Below, piece by piece: positions 16,675 through 24,443 of a stretch of DNA of 32,000 bases (positions are counted from its first letter, which is position 1; every line of letters begins with the position of its first letter). A program made the translations under genes and the position numbers. The notes under the pieces were generated by a model. The model searched no databases, was not told the origin of the DNA, and saw only the letters and a program-made list of their open reading frames with translations. Source of the DNA: Ignicoccus pacificus DSM 13166 (GTDB taxonomy: Archaea > Thermoproteota > Thermoprotei_A > Sulfolobales > Ignicoccaceae); contig CP006868.1 in NCBI GenBank assembly GCA_025340205.1, positions 1 to 32,000 of the forward strand, written 5' to 3'.

Positions 16675-17393
16675 TGTGACTCCCTGCCTCCAGAACTCAT
16701 CTCTATCACTTTCTTTAATTTCTCTATTTCCTTTTCTATCAACTCTGCCCTCTTCATCAAGTCGGAAACATCTACTTGAATGTTAAGCAGTTTTGCGAGC
16801 TCTACTATGCCAGTAGCCGAGGCTCTAGGGTCTTGTCTGCTAGATTCACAGAACGGTAAAAGCGCTAGCATAGGAAGGCCTCTGATCTCAGATGATGCTA
16901 ACAAGTGAGCTAAGGGACCGACTACTTTCAACCCCTCTGGCATAGGCTTGGCATCCGGTAAGGGTCCTTCGTAAGCGGATGTCTTTATCCACCTAAGAGT
17001 TTCAGAGGGCTCTTCCTTGAAGCTCTTGTCCAAGCCACCTAACCCGTAGACCTTTACTATGCCGTGCTTGATACTCCATCTGACCACATAGTCCGCATAC
17101 CTGAACCTCTCTACTTCGTGAGGTATCCATCTATTCAACAATACCAGCAACTTGTTCTTTTCATCTAGATACAGTTCGAAGGGTAGTTCCAATCCATTCC
17201 TCTCGGAGTATGAAACTTGATCGGGTAAGTACTTAGTTATGAAGAACCCGACCTTCCTCATGTTAAGTTTGTTCACCAAGTATTCAGTAGCTAGATAGCC
17301 TACGTAGCCAAAACCCATGAAACCGGTAACGAGAACGTAACCCTCAAAGTTGGTGGGGGCGTCTTTTAAGGGGACGTACTTTACCTTTTTCAT
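16665..17393 (-). CDS. PAC2-family proteasome assembly chaperone-like protein (PbaA/PbaB type)
   Basis: VLVTGFMGFGYVGYLATEYLV..L......F.....P..V.......ELPFELY..., then a C-terminal coiled-coil tail ending ...ESHYM (Tyr at the penultimate position, HbYX-like). Confidence 0.6.
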   Translation of the reverse strand: MKKVKYVPLKDAPTNFEGYVLVTGFMGFGYVGYLATEYLVNKLNMRKVGFFITKYLPDQVSYSERNGLELPFELYLDEKNKLLVLLNRWIPHEVERFRYADYVVRWSIKHGIVKVYGLGGLDKSFKEEPSETLRWIKTSAYEGPLPDAKPMPEGLKVVGPLAHLLASSEIRGLPMLALLPFCESSRQDPRASATGIVELAKLLNIQVDVSDLMKRAELIEKEIEKLKKVIEMSSGGRESHYM

Positions 17394-17824
17394 TTTATTT
17401 TCCCTCTGATCTTCACAGCCTCTCCAAAATTAATCTTAACCATCTCCTCTCCGCTGAGGACACTTCTCCCGTAAGCTATGAGGCTGTCATTATAAACAAC
17501 AAGAACATCAATCCCCCTAAGGATCTTAGGATCGGCATCTATTACGTGTTTGTTGAATACTGTTTTTGTAGGTATTTCACTTACGTAAACTTTCCCACTA
17601 TTTCCCGGTAGACAATCAAACAATATCCTCGCAGAAAGGTCGGAAAGGGTTAAGAGGAAGTCGTTAGGGCGTACAGTGAACAATCTTTCTCCTTTTTTGT
17701 TAAGCACGTATCTAGGCATCCCTGTTCGTGAAAACTTTATCTTTACATCTTTGAACTCCTCGCATTCGAGTGGCACTTGATAAATGAAAGAGAGAAGCTT
17801 TAAGATATCGAAGTTCTGAGGCAT
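17390..17824 (-). CDS. PUA-domain protein (stand-alone archaeosine-TGT C-terminal-like)
   Basis: C-terminal HVIDADPKILRGIDVLVVYNDSLIAYGRSVLSGEEMVKINFGEAVKIRG is a typical PUA motif. Its stop overlaps the PAC2 start by 4 nt (ATGA). Confidence 0.62.
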   Translation of the reverse strand: MPQNFDILKLLSFIYQVPLECEEFKDVKIKFSRTGMPRYVLNKKGERLFTVRPNDFLLTLSDLSARILFDCLPGNSGKVYVSEIPTKTVFNKHVIDADPKILRGIDVLVVYNDSLIAYGRSVLSGEEMVKINFGEAVKIRGKIK

Positions 17825-17837
17825 GGAAAATCGCCTC

Positions 17838-18056
17838 TTAAAGACTACAGTAGCTTAATAAGTGAGAAGCTAGCAGAGCGCTTATCGCACCAGCGGAAAG
17901 GGCGGTTAGGAACGCTAAGACTAGAGCTATTGACAATGTATTTATGTTAAACGTAGTTATGGCGGTGAGTAAGATGGCTGAAGATAATAGTGACACGACT
18001 GGGACCACGAACGCAGTTATTGCTGCAACGCACCTTAAGTCAGTCACTTCCCTCAC
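17838..18056 (-). CDS. Small 2-TM membrane protein (72 aa)
   Basis: Two hydrophobic helices. The start overlaps the upstream ORF stop by 4 nt. No family recognised. Confidence 0.4.
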   Translation of the reverse strand: MREVTDLRCVAAITAFVVPVVSLLSSAILLTAITTFNINTLSIALVLAFLTALSAGAISALLASHLLSYCSL

Positions 18057-18265
18057 CCTTTGAAGCTACACTTGGGTAGGCTAAACGCTATCAAGAGGGC
18101 CAGTAATGTGACGGAGACAGGTAAACCGAAGAATATGGGTATTGCTGCTTGGAACGTAGCGCTGGACACGGTATAGTAAATCAACGCATAATTCAAGAAC
18201 ACCAGGACTGTTGTGAGTAACGCTACATAACCTTGAATCTCCTCGATACAGTTCATGACGCTCAA
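18053..18265 (-). CDS. Small 2-TM membrane protein (70 aa)
   Basis: Two hydrophobic helices. The start overlaps the nucleotidyltransferase stop by 4 nt. Confidence 0.4.
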   Translation of the reverse strand: MSVMNCIEEIQGYVALLTTVLVFLNYALIYYTVSSATFQAAIPIFFGLPVSVTLLALLIAFSLPKCSFKG

Positions 18266-18966
18266 TCCTCGAAGAGGCTATATTCTTCAAGGTACTTATT
18301 TACTTCCTCTATATCCTTGAAGGTATCTATGCTTCTCCAGAAGACATCCGTGAACGGAACTGCCTTTAGCAGACCCTTCCTAGCCAGCTCCGGGAAAGTA
18401 ACTTTCTCAATGTTGCCGCTCTTGGGTAGATAGTCGAATATCTTGTTTGTGAAGCAGTAGATTCCAGCGTTAATGAAGTAATCTGGGATCCTCGGCTTTT
18501 CTTTGAATTCCTTTATCAATCCGGACTCTTTATCAAATAGGACGATGCCATAAGGTGAGGGTAGTGGCACGAGTGCGATAGTCCCCACGAGGTCCCCTTC
18601 AAGAGCCTCACATACCTTTCTTACATTTAAGTTCGTCAAGATGTCACCATTAAGTACGACGAATTTATCCTCATTGCGAAGAACACTCTCAGTATTCTTT
18701 ATGGCTCCTCCAGTACCTAGAGGCTCGTCCTCTACAACGTAGACGGCGTTAACGCCATACTTGCCACCGCTTCCTATTTCTCTAATTATAACTTCTTTAA
18801 GATGCGAAATTGTTATTACTACGTCCTTTATGCCATGGCGCTTTAGCAACTCTAGTTGCCATGCGAGGATAGGTTTTCCTCCTACCTCAATCATCGGCTT
18901 CGGTCTCTCTTCAGTCAGCGGCCTTAGTCTCTTTCCAAAACCTCCAGCGAGAATCAGTGCTTTCAC
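18262..18966 (-). CDS. Sugar-1-phosphate nucleotidylyltransferase
   Basis: MKALILAGGFGKRLRPLTEERPKPMIEVGGKPIL is the canonical NTP-transferase N-terminus. The GTG start is preceded by a GGTGAT Shine-Dalgarno site. Confidence 0.9.
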   Translation of the reverse strand: MKALILAGGFGKRLRPLTEERPKPMIEVGGKPILAWQLELLKRHGIKDVVITISHLKEVIIREIGSGGKYGVNAVYVVEDEPLGTGGAIKNTESVLRNEDKFVVLNGDILTNLNVRKVCEALEGDLVGTIALVPLPSPYGIVLFDKESGLIKEFKEKPRIPDYFINAGIYCFTNKIFDYLPKSGNIEKVTFPELARKGLLKAVPFTDVFWRSIDTFKDIEEVNKYLEEYSLFED

Positions 18967-19017
18967 ACGATCACCAGACTAAAACATGCCTAGGGATTTT
19001 TTGACAGTTTCTAAGAG

Positions 19018-20043
19018 TTAGAATAAATCTATATCAAGTCCTTCCTTCAACCACTCCGAAGCTTCGATGGCGTGATACGTTATTACAATATCGGCCCCAG
19101 CCCTCCTTATTGAATGGAGTATCTCTAATATTATCTTCTTTTCATCAACCAAGCCGTTTCTAGCAGCGAACTTTACCATACTATATTCACCACTTACGTT
19201 GTAGGCAGCTAAGGGATAGTAAGGGAACGTATCCTTTACTCTCTTTATGACGTCTAGGTACGACAACGCTGGTTTGACCATGAGGATATCCGCTCCTTCT
19301 TCTATATCCAAGTTAACCTCCTTCAATGCCTCTTCCCCGTTACGAGGATCCATTTGGTAAGTTCTCCTATCGCCGTGGGCTGGAGCGTTGTCTGCGGCTG
19401 CCCTGAAGGGGCCATAGAACGCGCTCGCATACTTTGCAGCATAGCTCATTATTGCTACGTCAGTGAACCCAGCTCGATCTAACGCTTCCCTTATCGCTCT
19501 TACCATGCCGTCCATCATGGAGGAGGGGGCTACGACATCGGCCCCGGCTTCTGCATGGCTCACGGCCACCTTGGCAAGAAGCTCTAGGGTAGGATCGTTA
19601 TCGACTACATGCTCACAGAACCCATCTCTACACTTCTTGGTTAAGAGTCCACAATGGCCATGAGAAGTGTAATGACACAGACAGACGTCAGTATGGATAA
19701 CCACTTCATTTCCGAACTCCTTCCTAATCTTCCTCACGGCTTTCTGCACTATTCCGTCACTCGAGTACGCGGAGGAGCCGAGTTCGTCCTTTTCAGATGG
19801 GATGCCGAAGATGAGGATGTTATGAACTCCTACATCTAATGCCTTACCTACTATTTCGTGGACTTTTTCCAAGGGCCATCTGTATTGACCTGGCATAGCG
19901 TCTATCTCTTCGGGCTCTGAAATGCCCTCCTTTACGAATATGGGGTAGATGAAGTCTCTAGGTGAGATACGAGTCTCGGCGACCAGATCTCTTAGGTACT
20001 TATTCTTTCTGAGCCTTCTAGGTCTAAGATAAGGGAAAGACAT
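19018..20043 (-). CDS. hemB: Porphobilinogen synthase (delta-aminolevulinate dehydratase)
   Basis: RPRRLRKNKYLRDLVAETRISPRDFIYPIFV, the Zn-type Cys motif DVCLCHYTSHGHCG, the active-site Lys context IMVKPAL, and YNVSGEY. Confidence 0.95.
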   Translation of the reverse strand: MSFPYLRPRRLRKNKYLRDLVAETRISPRDFIYPIFVKEGISEPEEIDAMPGQYRWPLEKVHEIVGKALDVGVHNILIFGIPSEKDELGSSAYSSDGIVQKAVRKIRKEFGNEVVIHTDVCLCHYTSHGHCGLLTKKCRDGFCEHVVDNDPTLELLAKVAVSHAEAGADVVAPSSMMDGMVRAIREALDRAGFTDVAIMSYAAKYASAFYGPFRAAADNAPAHGDRRTYQMDPRNGEEALKEVNLDIEEGADILMVKPALSYLDVIKRVKDTFPYYPLAAYNVSGEYSMVKFAARNGLVDEKKIILEILHSIRRAGADIVITYHAIEASEWLKEGLDIDLF

Positions 20044-20170
20044 GACGCGCTTACCCTAGACGAATTCGGTAGATGAGCTAATATTGTGATTAGAATTACC
20101 GTTTAAATGCCGATGAGCGCGCGAACCACCGGACAGAAGGGTGACGAAGGCGCTCTGAGGTGAGGCGAAA

Positions 20171-20740
20171 TTGAAAATAAATGAAAAGAAGTTTATAATA
20201 CTAACGGTAGTAGCCATAGCTATCGCATTCATCGGTATAGCCATATTATTCATGAGTACTACTGTTAGGACGCCCAGTAAGTCTAACCAAGTAATTGCTG
20301 AGGTCTTGGAAATAAACAAAACTCTTCCATGGATCGAGGTTCAGACGAACGCCGTTAAAAATGGGCGTATATTAAAGAACTTCACTTGTGATGGAGGAGG
20401 TCAAGAACCAATCATAAAATGGAAAATGTACGATAATGCTAATTGCTACGCCGTGATAGTCTTCGATCCAGATGCACCCATGGGTACCTTTTATCATCTT
20501 ATAGAGCTTGTGAAGATTAATGGAAACGAGATAAACGTAGTAAAGGTATATCCCAACAGCGCTGGATATGAAGGCTGGTTTCCCGTATGTCCTCCCAAGG
20601 GAGAAACTCACAGGTACTTCTTTGTGGTAGTAGCTCTAAAGAAGTGTGAAATTCATAAGAACTTCAATGAACTAATAAAATACATTGATACAAACGCCGT
20701 CGCCTTGGGTTATGAGATGGGTACTTATACGCGTAGGTGA
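20171..20740 (+). CDS. PEBP (YbhB/YbcL, Raf-kinase-inhibitor-like) family protein with an N-terminal membrane anchor
   Basis: The TTG start is preceded by GAGGTGAGG. There is an N-terminal TM helix. [23 protein letters not shown] and [13 protein letters not shown] are PEBP signatures. Confidence 0.8.
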   Translation: MKINEKKFIILTVVAIAIAFIGIAILFMSTTVRTPSKSNQVIAEVLEINKTLPWIEVQTNAVKNGRILKNFTCDGGGQEPIIKWKMYDNANCYAVIVFDPDAPMGTFYHLIELVKINGNEINVVKVYPNSAGYEGWFPVCPPKGETHRYFFVVVALKKCEIHKNFNELIKYIDTNAVALGYEMGTYTRR

Positions 20741-20799
20741 GAAAAAGCCAGAGAGTCTTAACCTACCCACCACGAGACCATACACGGGGAAGAAGTACT

Positions 20800-22038
20800 A
20801 TGGCCAAGGATGTACAGCCTGAGGTTAACATCGGTGTCGTAGGTCACGTCGATCACGGAAAGACTACCTTGGTTCAAGCGTTGACTGGTGTATGGACAGC
20901 ACGACACAGTGAGGAGCTCAAGAGGGGAATGACAATAAAGCTCGGATACGCTGATGGTGAGATTTACAAGTGTACTAATTGTCCGGAACCAGATGCATAC
21001 TCTCCCGAGCCAAAGTGTCCCAGATGTCCTAAGGATAGCGAACCCCAGTTCCTGAGGAAAGTATCCTATGTAGACGCTCCTGGCCACGAGATACTGATGG
21101 CTACGATGCTCTCCGGAAGCTCCTTAATGGATGGCGCATTGCTAGTAATAGCGGCCAACGAACCTTGTCCGCAGCCACAGACCAGAGAGCATTTCATGGC
21201 TCTTGATATAGTTGGAATAAGGAGATTAGTCGTCGTTCAAAACAAGATAGACGTTGTAAGTAAGGAGCAAGCAATGAAGAATTACCAACAGATAAAGAAC
21301 TTCCTAAAGGGAACTTGGGCCGAGGACGCGGTAATCGTTCCAGTGAGCGCATTGCATAAGGCTAACATCGACGCTCTCCTGGAGGCAATAGAGGAGGAGA
21401 TACCTACTCCTCCTAGAGACCTAGACTCACCCCCCTTGATGTGGATAGCTAGAAGCTTCGATGTGAATAAACCTGGAACACCACCGGAGAAACTCGTCGG
21501 AGGTGTAGTGGGAGGTTCTATCATCAGAGGTAAACTCAGGGTTGGTGACAAGATAGAGATAAAGCCCGGTTATCCTGTTAGGTCAGGAATGAAGGTTGAA
21601 TACGTACCCCTTGAAAGTGAGATCACGAGCTTAAGATTCGGAAATGTAGAGGTCGAGGAAGCCAGACCCGGAGGACTGGTAGCGATAGGAACAAAGCTAG
21701 ACCCCTCATTAACCAAGGCTGATGCATTGGTCGGAAGCGTGGTAGGTAGACCCGGTGAGTTACCCCCAGTTTACGAAGAATTAACGTTGGAGTACCACTT
21801 GCTAGAGAGAATAGTCGGCTTCCGAGGAGAAATGAAGCCGACTCCACTAAGGAGAGGTGAGCCTCTAATGCTAACGGTTGGCACAGCGATAACGATAGGT
21901 GTAGTTACCTCGCTCACAAAGGACGAGATGACTGTGAAGTTACAAAGGCCAGTAGTCGCTTGGAAAGGTGCCCGCGTGGCCTTCAACAGGAGAATTCAGA
22001 ACAGGTGGAGGCTAGCGGGCTGGGGAGTTGTGAAGTAA
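20800..22038 (+). CDS. eif2g: Translation initiation factor aIF2 gamma subunit
   Basis: [22 protein letters not shown] (G1), DAPGHE (G3), QNKID (G4), and the Zn knuckle CTNCPE...CPRCP. The ORF extends to GTG 20737, overlapping the PEBP stop. The ATG at 20800 ([12 protein letters not shown]) gives the canonical N-terminus. Confidence 0.95.
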   Translation: MAKDVQPEVNIGVVGHVDHGKTTLVQALTGVWTARHSEELKRGMTIKLGYADGEIYKCTNCPEPDAYSPEPKCPRCPKDSEPQFLRKVSYVDAPGHEILMATMLSGSSLMDGALLVIAANEPCPQPQTREHFMALDIVGIRRLVVVQNKIDVVSKEQAMKNYQQIKNFLKGTWAEDAVIVPVSALHKANIDALLEAIEEEIPTPPRDLDSPPLMWIARSFDVNKPGTPPEKLVGGVVGGSIIRGKLRVGDKIEIKPGYPVRSGMKVEYVPLESEITSLRFGNVEVEEARPGGLVAIGTKLDPSLTKADALVGSVVGRPGELPPVYEELTLEYHLLERIVGFRGEMKPTPLRRGEPLMLTVGTAITIGVVTSLTKDEMTVKLQRPVVAWKGARVAFNRRIQNRWRLAGWGVVK

Positions 22039-22112
22039 AGGGCCTATGAGGCCTTGAATGGCCGCTGGGGACGGGGCCGGATGACCGGCAACCCCGGCAC
22101 CGAGGGCCCTTC
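22039..22112. other. GC-rich (~70 percent by hand count) structured intergenic element, possible small RNA or 3' UTR structure
   Basis: Closing helix AAGGGCC (22038-22044) / GGCCCTT (22105-22111). Inner hairpin GCCGG-AUGA-CCGGC (22076-22089), extended by GGG/CCC (22073-75 / 22092-94). An alternative local hairpin is 22039-44 / 22050-55. It lies directly after the aIF2-gamma stop and before the CBS-gene TATA (TTTAA, 22116-22120). Confidence 0.3.
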
Positions 22113-22151
22113 GCATTTAACTATGCCCTCTTTTCCAGCTAGCTTGGTGGA

Positions 22152-22571
22152 ATGGTCATGAGCTCCCTCGAAAGCTATTTCGGAGCTGAGAGAATAGTAG
22201 TAACAATAGACGAGGAGGCCACCATAGGAGATGCCGTCGAGGTTATGCACGAAAACGGGATAGGGGCGTTGCTGGTAACTAGGACTGATGAAAATGGAAA
22301 TATCAAGGCGACAGGACTCCTTACTGAAAGGGATATCATCGCTGCTCTAGCTCTTGGAGCAGACCCTGGGAGAGCTAAGGTAAAGTACTACATGACACCT
22401 TGGAAGGATGTTATTACGGTTACTCCAGACACTCCTCTATTAGATGCGTTAAAGATAATGATAGACAATGGTATAAGACATTTGGTCGTCGTGGACGGCG
22501 AAAGGGTTGTAGGTATATTAAGCATTAGAGACATCTGCGCTGCACTGCTTGAAGAACTTCAAAAGGCCTAA
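22152..22571 (+). CDS. CBS-domain pair protein
   Basis: 139 aa with two CBS repeats (IGDAVEVMHENGIGALLV ... LLDALKIMIDNGIRHLVVVDGERVVGILSIRDI). Confidence 0.85.
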   Translation: MVMSSLESYFGAERIVVTIDEEATIGDAVEVMHENGIGALLVTRTDENGNIKATGLLTERDIIAALALGADPGRAKVKYYMTPWKDVITVTPDTPLLDALKIMIDNGIRHLVVVDGERVVGILSIRDICAALLEELQKA

Positions 22572-23173
22572 GAGACTTTCTTCTTAATCTTAACGATATT
22601 CCTTAGCTTTACTCTAGCTATATTGAGCAGGATCCCGCTACCTATCACCACAAAGAGAGGGTTACTGAGCTTTATCATCAGCTGATTAGGGAGCCACTTG
22701 GAAACGTAGTTTATTATAAAAGCTAACAGTGAAGGCAATGAATACCCAACAAGCGCCGGAAGTCCCTCTATTAGGTACGCTATAGGTAATGGTAGTAGCG
22801 TTGCCTCCAACGAGGCTCCACCTAGTCTAACCGACACCGGGTATCCTCCAAGAAGGGGACTTGTGACTATTCCGTTGACGCTAACGAGGACAGCTAAGGG
22901 GAGTAGAGCGGGAGAAAGTGCCCAATCGAAGAGGGTCAAGAAGAGGAAGAAGGAATATGGTATCCACGTTATGCTGTAGAAGTAGTAGATAATGATACCT
23001 AGAGCAAGGGTTGAGATAACTACATACCACGCGTTAAATCTGAATGGTAACTTGTCTAAGATAGTGAATAGAGCTATTGCTAGGATTAAGGAGAATAGGA
23101 AGTTTACGGGTCCGAGGGCTAGGTATCCCACCACAGATGCTACTATAAACGGTATCTTGGAGGCGTACTCCAT
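22568..23173 (-). CDS. Polytopic membrane protein (hypothetical, 201 aa)
   Basis: About 6 TM helices and a basic C-terminus (KIKKKVS). Its start overlaps the DUF58 gene 3' end by 31 nt. Confidence 0.55.
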   Translation of the reverse strand: MEYASKIPFIVASVVGYLALGPVNFLFSLILAIALFTILDKLPFRFNAWYVVISTLALGIIIYYFYSITWIPYSFFLFLTLFDWALSPALLPLAVLVSVNGIVTSPLLGGYPVSVRLGGASLEATLLPLPIAYLIEGLPALVGYSLPSLLAFIINYVSKWLPNQLMIKLSNPLFVVIGSGILLNIARVKLRNIVKIKKKVS

Positions 23174-24069
23174 GGTACTGCCCTCACATCACCTCGTTCT
23201 TTGAGCGAGGCCTCAAAAGACTTGAACTCCTTTTCAACTTTCTTTCGGATCAGTTCCAATGCGTCGAATTCCGTTTCTAGAGGAGGTATACATGCTAGAG
23301 GATTGAGTAACAGATAAACCGATGCCTTCTCTACCTTTGCGAAAGGGCCTACTACTCTTACATCCGCCTCCCCCTCGACCTTTTTCAAACCGAGTTTCTC
23401 TAAGTAAGTTACGATGCTGTTAAAGAGTTCCTTAAAACAAGGGTTATCATACCATGGTCCTGGATCAGCACTATAGACTCTAATTCCCTTACTCAACCTA
23501 GTTATTTCCTTAACCTTCTTCAGTTCCTTTACTCTTAGACCGCCGGGGGAATAGAGGGTTTTCCAAATGATCAGACGAGTTTCGTCTCCCGGTCTATATT
23601 CCCTGGTTCCGACGACCTCGGGAACAGCTTGGAAACCTCCCTCTTCCTCTACTATCTCAGCTAGGCCAAGTCCCTCAATACTCCAAGAAGAAACTAATTC
23701 CCTCAATTCTCCATATCCCCAACACTTGCAAGCCCCTCGTTCAACCTCGATCATTATTCCATTCCAATAGACGAAGGGATTTACGCTCAAGTCTATTTGG
23801 TACTCGACTACACCTATACCTTTCAAGCTTCCTTTGGAAGGAGGTGACGTGACTACATCTATCAGTTTTGCTCCCTTAGGACCTCTAACTCTGACAAATA
23901 CTGTATCCTTGCTAACCCTAACCTCCCTTTCTACCTTTGCCCTCTTGGATTTGGAACAAGCTATCGTTTGTAAAGCGGTGGCGCTGATCAGCGCCGAGCC
24001 CGCTATTAGAGGATCCAACCAAGGGAATAGTAAGGTAGCTACGGCTGTCCCGAGTGCGGAGGAGAGCAT
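23143..24069 (-). CDS. DUF58-family protein with N-terminal TM helices
   Basis: GTREYRPGDETRLIIWKTL matches the DUF58 signature (REY.pGD..R.IdWK). The ORF reaches a TTG at 24117. The ATG at 24069 (MLSSALGTAVATLLFPWL...) starts at the two TM helices typical of the family. Confidence 0.6.
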   Translation of the reverse strand: MLSSALGTAVATLLFPWLDPLIAGSALISATALQTIACSKSKRAKVEREVRVSKDTVFVRVRGPKGAKLIDVVTSPPSKGSLKGIGVVEYQIDLSVNPFVYWNGIMIEVERGACKCWGYGELRELVSSWSIEGLGLAEIVEEEGGFQAVPEVVGTREYRPGDETRLIIWKTLYSPGGLRVKELKKVKEITRLSKGIRVYSADPGPWYDNPCFKELFNSIVTYLEKLGLKKVEGEADVRVVGPFAKVEKASVYLLLNPLACIPPLETEFDALELIRKKVEKEFKSFEASLKERGDVRAVPWSTPPRYRL

Positions 24070-24134
24070 GACCTTTCGACCCTTGTCGTTTAATCCGCAC
24101 TTAACCGGAACGAGCAACCATGACCCCCTTTCAC

Positions 24135-24155
24135 ACTAATAAGCGACTTTAACAC
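24135..24155 (+). promoter_or_regulatory. Putative rpoH-rpoB promoter (TATA-like ACTAATAAG / CTTTAAC)
   Basis: A/T-rich boxes lie 35-50 nt upstream of ATG 24188. GAGGGGGAG (24171-24179) serves as the Shine-Dalgarno site. Confidence 0.35.
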
Positions 24156-24187
24156 TCCGTGGGCGGACTCGAGGGGGAGTAAAAGTA

Positions 24188-24433
24188 ATGCGCAACAAAA
24201 GGTTTAGCGTTCTCGATCACGTCCTCGTTCCCAAGCACGTAAAGCTCAGTGAGGAGGAGGCTTATCAAGTACTAAAAGAACTTGGAATAAAGCCTGAACA
24301 GTTACCCATAATCAGAGCTGATGATCCCGTTGCTAAGGAGCTCGGATTGAAGCCGGGAGACATTGTGAAGGTTATAAGGAAGAGTGAGAACGCGGAGGAA
24401 GTTGTCACTTATAGGTATGTGGTAGGCATGTGA
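24188..24433 (+). CDS. rpoH: DNA-directed RNA polymerase subunit H (Rpo5)
   Basis: HVLVPKHVKLSEEEA..VLKELGIKPEQLPII...DPVAKELGLKPGDIVKVIRKS......VTYRYVV is the canonical RpoH sequence pattern. Confidence 0.95.
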   Translation: MRNKRFSVLDHVLVPKHVKLSEEEAYQVLKELGIKPEQLPIIRADDPVAKELGLKPGDIVKVIRKSENAEEVVTYRYVVGM

Positions 24434-24439
24434 GGTGAT
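24432..24439 (+). promoter_or_regulatory. Shine-Dalgarno site for rpoB
   Basis: GAGGTGAT lies 4 nt upstream of ATG 24444 and overlaps the rpoH stop codon. It complements the typical archaeal 16S 3' end. Confidence 0.6.
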
Positions 24440-24443
24440 AGGA

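Noticed and set aside
20111-20158. C/D box sRNA interpretation of GAUGA ... UGACGA ... CUGA
   Set aside because: The spacer between the C'-like box and the D box is only about 7 nt rather than about 12, and the region folds into a continuous hairpin instead. It is kept only as a structural observation.
22039-22112. Possible tRNA in the GC-rich spacer (about 74 nt)
   Set aside because: Neither strand gives a 7-bp acceptor stem plus D, anticodon and T arms. There is no GTTCRANYC-type T loop. The only TTCAA-containing hairpin (minus strand GGCC-ATTCAA-GGCC) has the wrong stem and loop sizes.
22044-22250. 68-aa minus-strand ORF spanning the GC-rich spacer and the CBS gene start
   Set aside because: It overlaps the CBS-domain gene and its promoter. 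Its low-complexity Pro/Arg-rich tail derives from the GC-rich element, and there are no translation signals.
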